Shown: piece by piece, positions 1 through 13,033 of the stretch
Numbering within the stretch: the first letter of the stretch is position 1
Layout of the letters: every line of letters begins with the position of its first letter
Source of the DNA: Octopus bimaculoides
Lineage: Eukaryota
NCBI RefSeq assembly: GCF_001194135.2
Contig: NC_068983.1
Coordinates: forward strand, 31,186,369-31,250,368
DNA: 64,000 bases
Reading direction: 5' to 3'
Made by a program: the position numbers and the translations under genes
Notes under the pieces: model-generated
The model's database searches: none
Seen by the model: only the letters and a program-made list of their open reading frames with translations
Told to the model about the DNA's origin: nothing

Positions 1-168
1 CCTTTATTTCGGTCTGTGCGATCTGCGCGGATGATGGTGAAATCTTTTATTTGCATCTCGGCATCCATATGTGTGTTGTTTAGGTGAGTTTCAGTAAGGA
101 TAAAGAAAGGAAGCAATGTGCCGTTTCGGCAAGCCAACTCTCTATGCATGGGATCTTACATTTTTGGG

Positions 169-207
<39 letters not shown>

Positions 208-423
208 GCGAGAAAGATNNNNNNNNNNNNNNNNNNNNNNNNNNNNNNNNNNNNNNNNNNNNNNNNNNNNNNNNNNNNNNNNNNNNNNNNNNNNNNNNNN
301 NNNNNNNNNNNNNNNNNNNNNNNNNNNNNNNNNNNNNNNNNNNNNNNNNNNNNNNNNNNNNNNNNNNNNNNNNNNNNNNNNNNNNNNNNNNNNNNNNNNN
401 NNNNNNNNNNNNNNNNNNNNNNN

Positions 424-500
<77 letters not shown>

Positions 501-584
501 CTGATATGGCTGCACCGTGTATTTCAATATGTTTATCTCTAACGAACTTGCATAACGCTAAATATTGAATATATTTCAGCATAT

Positions 585-941
585 CTAGAATATCGATCGT
601 TTAACTCCACTAACTATACACCCAGAATATTCCAGTATGCAGGGCCTTGCAGAATGAATATTTTTCGTTTTAAAATCTTTATAACTACAAAATTCTATTG
701 ATTTTCGTGGAGGTTTCTTCAACATCGTCAATTCCCGACAAATGTAAAATCTGGTGTTGATACAGATGTGTTCTGATGTACTTAACCGTATCATTGCTGA
801 AAAAATTATATTCCCAAAATTCAAGTTCCTTATCGCCAATGTTTCGCTGGGTCGTCCAATTGCAAATGAAATGTTGTGTGTTATTGTTGTTGCTGTTGCT
901 TCTGTCGACGTTGTCATCGTTGTTTCATGCATTGAAACCAT
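585..941 (-). mobile_element. Degraded CR1/L2-group LINE fragment (end of APE endonuclease plus linker)
   Basis: Translation has STSEHICI (SDH-like APE end) followed by KPPRKSIEFCSYKDFK, resembling the K-I-x-YRxYKxF linker of CR1/L2-group ORF2. Motif resemblance only. Confidence 0.4.
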
Positions 942-1020
942 ATGAAATTTAAGACTTTATTGATTAATCGTAAATACCTTTATTTTCTTCGGTTTTGGTG
1001 TTGTACTGGTTTTGTTGTTC

Positions 1021-1085
1021 TTTAGCCTCAGGTCAGGTCTATCTGAGCAGACTTACGATCTAAAGCTGCTCGGTCGTGGGGATCC
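1021..1085 (+). repeat. Unclassified short interspersed repeat
   Basis: TTAGCCTCAGGTCAGGTCTATCTGAGCAGACTTACGATCTAAAG has diverged relatives at ~3625-3665 (+), ~10478-10515 (-) and ~51500-51550 (+). Confidence 0.45.
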
Positions 1086-1229
1086 TGTCCTTTCGTTTCA
1101 AAGAGTAATGATGCACTGCAGACTACACTATCCAACGTGATCGTTTTAATACAGAAGTGTGATTCGAGGGAAATTTCGCTACTATTTCGAACCGGTTCAA
1201 TCACCACCTAGCAGATCCTTTCGCTTCAG

Positions 1230-1420
1230 GTTTCCATTATTTTTGAGAGATAATCAACCTCAGACTGAAAAATGGCGTGAATACTTGTAGCTTAGTGGAA
1301 TTCGTTAAATACACTCTTGAGTCAGATAGTGGGCTTGAAATGGATGAGGGATTAAGCCTTAAATTTTTTAGTATATTGAATGTAAGTGAAGATAGCCGGT
1401 TTCAATCAAATATTGAAACT
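1230..1420 (+). mobile_element. Possible 3' end of a Penelope-like element, very decayed
   Basis: TLESDSGLEMDE resembles the LNxDxG end of PLE GIY-YIG domains; it is followed by a GTTTCAAT/ATTGAAAC hairpin. Weak. Confidence 0.25.
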
Positions 1421-1549
1421 GACTTTTTGGCACATTACCCTCCAGAAACTCATATCTTATTCGACCACATGAAATATTCTTGCCTATTCATTTAATAAGT
1501 ACAGATTCGGCACAATGGAGACACTAGCTCATTTCTAAGGTTGACCCTC

Positions 1550-2252
1550 CAATTTGTGGAGAAAGCTCGGTTTTGCATTGCCAGTGTAGTGCTCCCAGTC
1601 TCCTTTTTAAGTGTTCCTTTCTTCGACCAGTTCCACGTATGTTCTCCAGCAACTTCAGATGTGGCTACATGGAAGTGATGGTGTGGTCCCTTGTTGCATA
1701 GTTCTTCTTCATGTCCTTCTTGTACTTCTTGATTTGTTCTTTCCTTTTTCCTGCTTTCGCTATATTCTCACCTCTAACTGCAATTAACAAGGTTTCTTCA
1801 CTTTGGATGAGGTATCTCAGCAAATTCCCAAATTCGATATGCACGCGATCTTCCACATTTATCGGTCTCTTCCTCCATTTCCTTTCTTCGTGTATGAGCG
1901 ATCAGTTTTTGAACGTGGATGATAGGCTCCATGCTTAGTTAGGATCTTTCTTGCCTTCCTGTTCAACTCATTTAGCTTATCCTCTGTCCACTTCAGAATT
2001 CCAGCTCCGTACCGAACCACTGAGATTGTCCGCCTGTTTATTGACGAAATTATGTTTCTGGCATTCAACTCTGAATCCAATAAACTTTCTCAATTGCTCC
2101 AGATAGTGTTTCTTTATCTTTTTTTTTTTATATCATCATGCTTAATTCCATCTGTGTCGAGTACTCCCAGGTATTTATATCCAAATTCAGGCTCAATTGT
2201 CTTCATCATTTCGTTACGTGACATATACACCCTTCTGTTTGGAGAAACGACT

Positions 2253-2255
<3 letters not shown>
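1550..2255 (-). mobile_element. R4/Dong-clade non-LTR retrotransposon fragment (RT C-terminal half)
   Basis: GYKYLGVLD; SELNARNIISSINRRTISVVRYGAGILKWT..LNRKARKILTKHGAYHPRSKTDRSY..GNGGR; WNWSKKGTLKKET. Stops and frameshifts present. Confidence 0.85.
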
Positions 2256-2304
<49 letters not shown>

Positions 2305-2399
2305 AAACGAGAGCGGTACATAAATAACAACAACAACCTCAACAGCAATATCATCATCAACAACAGCAGCAAAAACAACAACAACAATAACAATAATAA

Positions 2400-2560
2400 T
2401 CCTTTCTACTAAAGGCACAAAGGGTAAGTCGATTACATGGACCCCGGAACTCAACTGGCACTTATTTTATCGACCCCGAAAGGATGAAAGATAAAGTAGA
2501 CCTGGGTGGAATTTGAACTCAGAATGTAAAGACGGACGAAATGCTAAACATTTTGCCCGT
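2400..2560 (-). mobile_element. tRNA-derived SINE (octopus-type), 5'-truncated, with (ATT/GTT)n tail
   Basis: Reverse complement matches the + strand copies at 52734 and 53826 (GAGTTCAAATTCC box B, CTTTCATCCTTTCGGGGTCGATAAAATAAG core). Confidence 0.8.
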
Positions 2561-2563
2561 CAA

Positions 2564-2607
<44 letters not shown>

Positions 2608-2949
2608 AAATAACAATTGATAATGGTAAAATTTGAAAGCAGAACATAATGGGGCGGTCGTAAATACTATAAGACTGTTAGTTCTGCGCAGTTTCTGTAA
2701 TTTCACTGTTTTACTTGAGCACTTTACTCACTTGTCCACAGATAAGGGTGAAATGTCTGAAAAAAAAAGGCGCTTAGCAAAGTGTCCAATTTTGATCATC
2801 ATCGTCATATCAGGTTTCTGTAAATTATTGAGATCTAACCACGGCAAAATTATGTATGTGATTCTGCATGTCACATTATAATTCTAAAGGATCAGCCATT
2901 CTTACTCCTCAGTTCTTTGAATGAACTACCTAACTTTAAAATTCCACCG

Positions 2950-3620
2950 CTGGAACATTTTTGCAGTACCCTTTCGGAAGGAGCTTTCTATTCGCATTAC
3001 ATTTTTGTTTGTTAGTCATCTGTAGGTTGGTATCTGCGAGAGAAATATTATGGAAATTGACCGCAGAGATTAGTTGTTCTATTGATTGCAATGATGCGGT
3101 TTGACTGGAAATTTCGATCCAAGATACGAGATGTGAACAAAATTAGCTAGAAGGTTCTTGTGTTAGATTCGCTCGACAATTTTGCTGGTATCAAATTCAA
3201 CAATATTTCTTCTCTCAGGAGTGAAAAATCACTGGTTAATGGCGCAGGAGGGAAAGCTGGTAGATATGGTTCTACGGGAGAATACAAAGCCATAATATAA
3301 TTTAATAAGGTTATTTTCAACCATTTGAGGTGATGAGATGAGATCATAGCAGTTGGTTATTATCATTGAGAATGAAACTCAATGTGACATATTTCTAAAG
3401 ATAATACCTCTTTAGGGATTTAAACATTGAAGGGTTTGGAGAAGACGCGGGTGAGATCTTGAGCGTATTTATCGATATTATTGGAAGGGGAAATCACTGG
3501 TAGCAGTAGATTTAATGGTTCAAGCTCACGCATGAATTTTCACACATGGCGAATGTTTTCTTGGTAATGATAGTAATGTGTGTATTGGGTGAGGGAGAAT
3601 CTGGAAGCCGACAGAAGTAA
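2950..3620 (-). mobile_element. Possible highly decayed Penelope-type RT
   Basis: Scattered in-order resemblances (SLPRKHSP ~ LPKIHKP; IEQLISAVNFH ~ LxxFxxxxNxFH) across frameshifts. Confidence 0.28.
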
Positions 3621-4012
3621 TTCTTGTTCAGATTTAAGGTCAGCTCCGATCGAGCAAATCTATGATTGTTAAAATATATTATTTGATCTTCATGCTTTAA
3701 ATGCAGAGAACACCAAATTGGTAAAGCTACGTGGCAAACAAAAATTAATGATCTAATATACTACTACGATTTACGTACATAACACGATAAACAAACGCTA
3801 TTACAGCTATGAAATGAAATTGGAAACGTAATCTATTATAGCCACAACATTTATTCATAAGGCAGCTAATAAACTTTGGGAAGAAATTGAAAACACAATA
3901 TATGTATTATTAATATTATTCATAAAGCAACTGACATAAATATTTTAAAGGTGACACACGCGCACGCGCACATACACACACACACTCATGCATGCGTAGC
4001 ATTACCGATATA

Positions 4013-5087
4013 GCAGGTGCATTCCAGGCATTTTCAGAAAAGACATTTCCAAGTTTCAAAAATTAAAAAGACTTAATCTCCTTCAAATTATGACCCTTAG
4101 ATTTCAATTCACTTGTTGTAGCGGTCAAGCCACTTCGTGAAGGCCCCATGGAAGTCCTGTAAATTGAATGTGTTTAAGCTTTGTCACAGCTTCCCTCATC
4201 TTGAAAACGACTGGCCCTGATGTTTTGCTTCAGGTTGGAGAACAACCAAAAGTCACAGGGAGCAAGTCCTAGACTGTAGGGAGGTCGTGGGACAGTTTTG
4301 CTGCCTTTGTTAACTAGCTGGTTAACAGGATGGAATTATGGATTGGTTCATTGTCCTCGTATAGGAGCCATTGATTCGAGTGGAAGAGCTCTGACTTTTT
4401 GGACTCCTCCAAAACTTCCTCAAAGTGCTCTTTGTTGACTGCCTGGCCAGAAGGAACCCAGTAGATGTAGATGATGTACTTGCTGTCGAAAAAGGGGATC
4501 CTCATAAACTTCCCGGTGAACTTGCTTTGTCTAACCTTATTGAGTCTAGTGGAGCCAGGATGCTTCCATTGAGCACTCTGTGTCTTGGGGTCTGGATGAT
4601 AACAGTTGATCCAATTTTTGTCATGGATCGTCAGAGACTCAACTACTCTTGGTTTGTAGGGTAATGAACTCAACTATCTCCTTGCTTTCTCCGATGCGTT
4701 TTTCCTTCTGTTCGTCTGACATCGTCTCTCACCTCCTCTCTACCATCGTTAAACCTTTTGTGCCAGCGAGAAACAGATACTCGACCCATACAATTTAATC
4801 CATGGGCAATCTGGAACAATTCATGAATTTCTGTTGTGTTTTTGCCCAGTTTAACACAAAACTTTACTGCATAACGAGTTTTCAAATTGACTTCACATCC
4901 CGACTATATTCTGAATGATGTGTTCAATGTTATAACAGCTGTCTCCTTCAATCCGGAATAAAAAAAAGAAGAAATTGGTGGTCAATTTATTAAAAGTATT
5001 GTAATGATGTACTAAGGTTTACAATGATCTAGGTCATTTATAAATGATTCTCATGAAAAAGTCTCAAACCTCCTGGTATGCACTTCG
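4013..5087 (-). mobile_element. Mariner (Tc1/mariner) DNA transposon, decayed but with both ends
   Basis: HTH RYAVKFCVKLGK..VSRWHKRFNDGREEVRDD; catalytic remnants YEDNEPIH (~HDNAPAH), YSLGLAPCDFWLFSNLK and C-terminal DFHGAFTKWLDRYNK..FEGD*. Imperfect TIRs GCAGGTGCATTCCAGG (4013-4028) and CCTGGTATGCACTTCG (5072-5087), each flanked by TA. Confidence 0.88.
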
Positions 5088-6429
5088 TACAATTTTATCG
5101 ACACAACCACTGGAATTGTGGGTTCAAGACTTGTCTGTGCACTTTTCTCTGTATGGAGATAATAATATATTACAGGGTATTAAAGTTTGTTAAAACGTCA
5201 GTAGCATAGGTGTTCTGTTGCAGAATATTGTTATAGATAGATTATATTTTCAATTTCGTTCTAGACAGATGATCATAATTTTCAAAGACGTTCTCTTCTA
5301 AAGCTTCTCGAATTAAAACCTTGACTGTAAAATACAATTTAAAAAGCAATTATATATTTCATTGTTTTCAATGAACTTGCAAAATTGTTCTGGTTTTCAA
5401 ACTATCGTGGAATTTTCAGATGCACCAAGCAGAGTAACAAGCAAAATAAAATTTAAAAAAGAAGCATTACAGTTTTTTTTTTAAAGAATATACTCTTGTG
5501 TCGCAAACAAGCTTCAGAAAGATTGTTCTTCTGTTGATGGCACTCGATCAACCGTATTGTTGTCAGCAATTGTTTCCTGTATTTTAAAAAAGTATTAATT
5601 ATTCACAAATATTTTTGTTTTTGGTATATTTTGTTTTACTTTTTATTTATTTATTTATTTATTTATTAATTTATGCTTTATACTGCTGCATTTGTAAAAT
5701 ATGCTCTCCTTTATATATATATATCGCATTATATATATATTGCATATGTATGAGTGTATACGTGTATATGTGTTTATGCGTGTATGTGAGTGTATAGATG
5801 TGCTTGTACGTGTGCGTGCGCTCATGATTATGTATGCATTTAAGTTCGTGTGTATGAATATGCGAGTGCGTCTCAGTTGTTCACACTGGTCCTATAAAGA
5901 GTGTTGTTGTTATGTTGTGTCTCTTTATGTCTTGCAACGTTTGTTGTTAAGCAAGAGTAAACAGATACGAAGTATTACAAAACTTTCACTTAAGTAATGG
6001 AGTGAATAGTATGTCCTTAGTTGAAACACGCATTGAATACAAATCTTACAATGGGTTTAGCTCAGAGAAGGCTGACTAGATTCCGCCAAAGTAACTCTCC
6101 TTCGGTATATTCTTCTGTGGGTTTTCAATTTTAGGAGGTTCTAAGACTGATCAACATTTCCTTTAGAATACTCTAATATAGCTGTTTCTCAATATTTGCT
6201 GTTTGCCACCGCATATGTGTGTGTGTGTGTGTGTGTGTGGTTCTCTACAGTTTATTCTGAGAAGACGGAACAGCACCCATGACTCAGTATTTTTCCGGGG
6301 TTTTTGAGACTAGTACGAAGGAAGTAAGGTAATTGTCCTCAACCCATACACATAATTTAAATGTTCTGATAAACCACCCAAGAACCGGAGCAAATACCGC
6401 AACTTACCTCATCGAGTGATCCAACTGTT

Positions 6430-6712
6430 CCGCTAATACAGTACCCTAAACTGGTACTTTACTTCGTCGACTCTGAGAGGCTGAAATATAACGAGAGGGA
6501 GAGTTACTCCTCTGAGCTAAACCCACTGCAGGATTTGAATTCAATGTGTGTTTCAACTAAATCGACACTAATCACTCCATTACTTAAGTGAAACTTTTAA
6601 TACTTCGTATCTGTTTACTTCGTCGCGATTTGTACTCAGTGTATAAAGAACCGGAACAAATACTACAAGGCATTTTGGTCTAGGCCCTAACGATTCTGCC
6701 AATTTGCTGGCT
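6430..6712 (-). mobile_element. Disrupted tRNA-derived SINE
   Basis: Reverse complement gives head TTGGCAGAATCGTTAG (box A) near 6700 and the core near 6450-6540. Confidence 0.6.
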
Positions 6713-7766
6713 GTATGATGTGAGTGTGTGGGTATGTGTGCTTGCGTCTATGTGTACATGTGTTTGTATGTGTATACATGTGTGTGTATGCGTGAGTTAG
6801 GGATGTTGTAAAGCCCCGCTCAACCTTTATTGATCATGTCATCTGTTGTCAGGTATGCATATATGTAATGTCTTTCGCCTAGTGAAATGATAGGGTATGA
6901 TTTGTAAATGTATTATATTCTTGTGTGACCATATTTGTGTGTTTGCCAATCATTTCCATTGCTTCTCCTCGTCGTCATAATTATAGTATACCTTACATAA
7001 TCAACAAAACCATTCCACGTGGATATGCGTTTGGATTAATAACCACCGCTACCGCAACTGTCCTAAGTACCACCATCTTCATGCGACTTCGCTACTACCA
7101 AATACCATTCTGACTACCAGCATGAACAGTAACGCTAACACTACCATCACCCTAACAGCAGAAGTCGCCACCACAAATAAAAACACTTATAACACTAATA
7201 CTGCTACTATAACTACCAATCAATCGAATAACCATTGTTTTCCTATTGCCTGTATCTATTCATAACTTTCGGTCTCTAGTTTCCGATCTCTAATGTACTT
7301 CGTCTATCCAGTTCACCCTTCCATCTTCGTTGTCAACTTCTGTTTCTTTCGCAGTCAACGAGAATCTAGCTTTTCAGCTTTTCCTTTCACATATTGTCCC
7401 TTTTCTGCCAGTCATCCAGCCTGATTCCGTTTCAACGATTTGATGAATTTGACTGTCATTTAGTTGTGTTGGTTTTTGGATCTATTTTGTCTTTTCCCGT
7501 TGTTCCGAATATAATGCGTTCGTGAACACGTTCAGCTTATTTTTTTTATTTTTTATTTTTATTTTTTTGTATGGTGCCATGTTTCTGAATCAAAAGAAAT
7601 TATTGGGATGGTATATTAGTTCTAAACTCGTCTATCACACTAATTACTATAATTACAGCCGATATGATGTTATACAACATTTAGTAACATTTCTATAATT
7701 AAGAGATGAGGAATTATGTACATTATTTACATTCGACGGATATTTGTCCTCATCTTGTTTGTTGTT

Positions 7767-7812
7767 AACACAACGTTTCGGCTGATATACCCTCCAGCCT
7801 TCTTCAGGTGTC
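7767..7812 (-). ncRNA. Minimal type-I hammerhead ribozyme motif, intact core
   Basis: 5'-GACAC CUGAAGA A GGCUG gagggUauau CAGCC GAAACGUU^GUGUU: stem I 5 bp, stem II 5 bp, palindromic AACGUU stem III as in PLE minimal HHRs. Confidence 0.8.
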
Positions 7813-7940
7813 TTGGGGAAATTCCGAGTTCGATTCCAAGCAGTGACCTGAACACTAATAATAATAATAATAATAATGATAATAAAAACAACATCGAAAC
7901 ATACCTTAGGAATGAGAACTCAGGTTCGAAATTTCCCCAA

Positions 7941-7986
7941 GATACCTAAAGAAGGCTGGAGGGTATATCAGCCGAAACGTTGTGTT
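7941..7986 (+). ncRNA. Minimal type-I hammerhead motif with G5A core mutation
   Basis: GAUAC CUAAAGA A GGCUG..CAGCC GAAACGUU^GUGUU; position 7948 is A where the other arm has G. Confidence 0.7.
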
Positions 7987-8334
7987 AACAACAAACAAGA
8001 CGAGGACAAATATCCGTCGAATGTAAATAATGTAAATAATTTAGTAACATATTCCTGAGTTGAAAGACCAATGACTGGGATAGATTTCCAGAATGGAGAA
8101 GGACTGAGTGTGCTTAGTGCACCATCTATGGTGGCAGGGTAGGCATGATATGATTGACAAGAGGAAGAGAAACGAGTAAGCTGTGTGGGTCTGGTTTGAG
8201 ATAGCACTTGACCAGTCAACTAGTTAGGAGTACCAGAAACCCTTCAAAGATTAGAGTGTGTTGGTCATATTTACTCCCTTTAAATTGTATAAGCAATCTT
8301 TGTAACCCAGGGAAACCAATAACATAAGAAACAG

Positions 8335-11300
8335 TCAACAAAACTTTAATAGTAGCATTTCTACAGTCATCTGGCAAACTATTAAAATTATCAACATCAC
8401 AACCATTACAATTTCAATGATCAGGGCAACCAACATTACAACCGCCACCAAAACAACTAACAACTCACTGGTGCCTCTACCGATATGCCACCACCAGAAC
8501 TCAAGCCCATAAACCCAATATAACCACCACCACCACCACCACCACCACAACCACCATCCACCACCACCACCACCACCCACCACANNNNNNNNNNNNNNNN
8601 NNNNNNNNNNNNNNNNNNNNNNNNNNNNNNNNNNNNNNNNNNNNNNNNNNNNNNNNNNNNNNNNNNNNNNNNNNNNNNNNNNNNNNNNNNNNNNNNNNNN
8701 NNNNNNNNNNNNNNNNNNNNNNNNNNNNNNNNNNNNNNNNNNNNNNNNNNNNACCACCACCACCACCACCACCACCACCACCACCATCACCACCACCACA
8801 ATCCACCACAACCACCATCCACCACTACTAACATCATCAGCATCATCTTCAAAACAGCAGCGATAGCAAAAAAAGTCACCTTAACTACTACTACTATAAG
8901 CAATAGAACTATTAAAAGCAAACCCATTGTTTTTAGTATCTTCACCATCAATAAAACTACCATTACAGTCCTCGTGTTCCTTACCATGACTATGCCCTTC
9001 CACCCTTCGCTGCTAAAAGTGACAATTTAATACCACTAATGTTACCATTATCTCACCAACAACTTCAATGCGACTACTCGAACAATCTCAGCCAATAAAA
9101 CCCATAGACTGCTACCCTTACGGAAAACTTCCATCACCCTCCCTACAAAAACTAACACTACCTCTACCACTACTAGCTTCGTCTCCAAAATCGCTATGAA
9201 AGTTATCATTACCATCACTACTGTCACCCTCCCTCATCACTATTCGTAAAACTACAATCACTACCACTACCTCCGCTTCTGTTACTACCATGGCTATTTA
9301 TACCAACACGAACGTCAGGAATCCCCTACCGTAACCATTCCCACGACCACTATACTCATTATTATATTCTTTATTCTCGATATCACCCCGCCTCATCGCT
9401 ACTAATAAACCGCTAACGTCAACACTATCACCATACTTTCTACATCACCGTCGCCATCTTCATTACTATCGGCAAGGCACCATCATTACCACCACCATCT
9501 CTACCGCCATGGTTATCTGTAACCACTTAAACCAACACGACAATTATCACAACCAGCGCCACTATCACAAATAACTCAACATCCGCTACTATAATTGTTG
9601 ATACAGCCACCACTACCACCCTCATCATCATCAATACACCCTTATCATCATCACTTACTACCATCTCTACTATAATCACCATCATAACTGTTTAACGCGA
9701 AAAAAACCCAGCAACTGCCGCAATCCACCGCACCTTTTCCATCACCACCAGCACCTCCACCACCTTATCGTTACCACCACCACCACCACCAGCAGCACCA
9801 GCACCACCAGCAACAGCACCACCACCACCACCACCACCACCACCACCACTAGCAACAACAACTTCCTATGGTCACCNNNNNNNNNNNNNNNNNNNNNNNN
9901 NNNNNNNNNNNNNNNNNNNNNNNNNNNNNNNNNNNNNNNNNNNNNNNNNNNNNNNNNNNNNNNNNNNNNNNNNNNNNNNNNNNNNNNNNNNNNNNNNNNN
10001 NNNNNNNNNNNNNNNNNNNNNNNNNNNNNNNNNNNNNNNNNNNNNNNNNNNNNNNNNNNNNNNNNNNNNNNNNNNNNNNNNNNNNNNNNNNNNNNNNNNN
10101 NNNNNNNNNNNNNNNNNNNNNNNNNNNNNNNNNNNNNNNNNNNNNNNNNNNNNNNNNNNNNNNNNNNNNNNNNNNNNNNAAAAACCACATCCAATCGTCA
10201 TCACCATCACCCCCCCCCCACCACCACCACCACCACTACCACCACCACTACCACCATCACCTCCAACCATCACATTTGCAATTACCCTCATCTTGCAACA
10301 CCATAACCACCACGATGCAACGAGCAGAAGCCTCTAATAGTTGCTTGTGCTGCTAGAAATAGCGGCCAAATATCCCTGAAACCTCAACCTACAGTTTTAA
10401 ATAATGGTAGGACACGTTAGATGATATAGCCCTACATCTCTCTAAACTGATGAGATAAACACGGAGGCAACGCCTTTTATCATAGGTCTGCTTGATCAGG
10501 ACAAATTTGAGGCTAAAGAATACCAACAATAAAAAATGCAATAAACAAGGTAATAATAAAAAGCAACAAACAATCCAACCCGCCCACGGAGGTCAAAATC
10601 GTTAGAGCTTCAGGCGTAATGCCATGCGATATTTTATTACGGCCCTGTACGTTCTGAGTTCAATTCCCGCTGAGATCAACTTTACCTTCCATCTTTCCAG
10701 AATCAATAGAAAGAAGGACCCGTATAGTATTGGTTCCCTCCCGCAAATTTGAGGCCGTCTGCTTTTGCAATAAATGGTTATATTACTACAGATTTTGCTT
10801 TATATCACCACACTATGCCTCCATCACCACCAGCATCACCACCACCACCACCACCACCACCACTACCACTACCACCAAAACCACCACCACCACCACCACC
10901 AAAACCACCACCACCNNNNNNNNNNNNNNNNNNNNNNNNNNNNNNNNNNNNNNNNNNNNNNNNNNNNNNNNNNNNNNNNNNNNNNNNNNNNNNNNNNNNN
11001 NNNNNNNNNNNNNCACCAACACCATCACCACCAACACCATAACCACCAACACCACCGCCACTACCACCACCACCACCAACACCACTAACACCATCACCAC
11101 CAACAACATAACCACCAACACCACCGCCACGACCAACAACACGACCAACACCACCACCAACACCACCACCAACACCACGAATGCCACCACCACCACCATC
11201 TGTACCACCGCTATCAACAACAATAGCAACAAAGCAATATTATTATCACGAACAATACCACTAAAATCAGCCACAATAACAACATCGACACGAACAGCCC

Positions 11301-11600
11301 TACTACCAATAAAACCACCACCAACACTACCATCATCAACAACATCAATGCAACAATCAACAACAGCACCACTCTCACCAACACCTCTACCACCACTACA
11401 AACATCGTTAAACTACCATCAACAGCACCACCATATAATACTAGATGCAGCACCGCATGCTACCACTACCGCAACCACTACCACTATTACCATCACCGCT
11501 ACCAACAGCCTAACCACCTTCAACATATATCATCACTGCCACCATTATCACTACCAGTACACCAGTACCACCATCACAGCCACCACTGGTATGCTGTTCA
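8335..11600. repeat. ~3.2 kb compound/degenerate (ACC/CAT/ACT/AAC)n low-complexity tract with 3 gaps
   Basis: Directly visible; it produces the spurious poly-T/H/P/V ORFs. Confidence 0.95.
10585..10740 (+). mobile_element. tRNA-derived SINE, diverged
   Basis: AAAATCGTTAG head remnant, TTCTGAGTTCAATTCCC box B and core. Confidence 0.65.
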
Positions 11601-12934
11601 TATATCCAAGAGAACAGCGGTCGAATCAATAAAGAACAGTTATCGATCAGTGTGTAAGTATTAAACACAAAGCCATAAATCGCATGTCTTGTGGAAGCAA
11701 ATGAATTATCTTATTAAATTGACTTGCAATATAGGTCCTTGCCTCCTCCGCCATGCTTCCCTTTGTCTTCTCAAATTCTATTTGCTGGATGTGCGTTTGT
11801 GTATGCTGTATGAACATTCCAGTGCGCATGCGTGCTTTCATATATGCATGTATGTACGTACAAACGTACCTAAGTACGTTTATAAATGTGATTGGGTTTG
11901 TATAGATGTATGAATGTGTGTTATGTAAATGCGTGTGAATATCTATGTATGTATTATGTATGCACATGTGTATATATATATGTGTATATAATACAATAGA
12001 TATATTTACATATGTATATATATATGTAAGCGTGTATATTTGTGAGCGTGTATATGTGTGCGTAGCTTACACATGTATGTTGTATACTATAGAGTTAAAA
12101 CATTAAATCTACGAGTAACAATACAACTAGAACCAATTTTTAACATCGTTAACTGCATCGCCCTAAAACCATTAGGCTACATCAAGCATTCAGTTTGTGG
12201 TTTTCTAAGATCTCAGTGGAGAAGAAACCAAGAACATCCAATGTAGATGGAGATATCAAGTCCTAAAATGGTTCTATTGTCAATCATGAGCAGAACTCAA
12301 TGCACTGATAGTGAGCAAGGTTACACGGAGAAAAGATGTTCACGACGTTTCTCACACTACTATTTCAGAAATAACCATTAAGAAGATGCCATAGTTTGGA
12401 ATGTAATGCAAGTCTATACCAATTTTGATAAGATACAATTTTAGTCTGCGAAAAGTAAACATTAGGGTCATACCACAGATTTTTAATCACTACCAGAGAA
12501 GGTTTTGGTTGATCATACTAGTTTCAAGTCATTTTAGAGCTTCATCACAAAAAGAATACGCATTTTGTGTCTATGGACAGATTTGGAGCTTACAGCTATT
12601 TGTATTATATACAAACTAAGACGCAGTTAAACTGTTCTGTACAGTTTGCATAACAATGCATACGCTGATAATGGCATTAGTTAATTAATAACGAACTGTT
12701 GTGCATGTATCACTTCACATTTTTAAATATTTCAAAATGCTACATAGTGCATTATTAATTAAATAATCGCATTATGCAAATTAGACAAACCACTTTAACT
12801 GTGTTCTAGTTTGTATACACAATATGTACAGGTAGAAGCTATTGTCTGTGGACAGAAGGTAGGTATTCTTTCCCAGGTGAGGTTAAAGAAGATTATAAAC
12901 TAATAATGTCCCATCTTTTTCTGTCCTTCGAGAT

Positions 12935-13033
<99 letters not shown>

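Larger units (their letters stand above)
7691..8038. mobile_element. Inverted-repeat cassette, PLE pLTR-like, non-autonomous, with 12 bp flanking direct repeat
   Basis: Arms ~7713-7825 and ~7928-8040 are reverse complements with about 5 mismatches; the spacer contains (AAT)n; ATTTAGTAACAT occurs at 7679-7690 and 8039-8050. Confidence 0.9.

Noticed and set aside
84-582. Long ORFs here and at 27.7-28.3, 47.8-50.6 and 54.7-58.2 kb
   Set aside because: They are translations of (TA)/(TG)/(GA) repeats and N-gaps.
12335-12375. GAAACGTC preceded by CTGAAAT on the minus strand
   Set aside because: No stem II and an incomplete core; at most a fossil pLTR.
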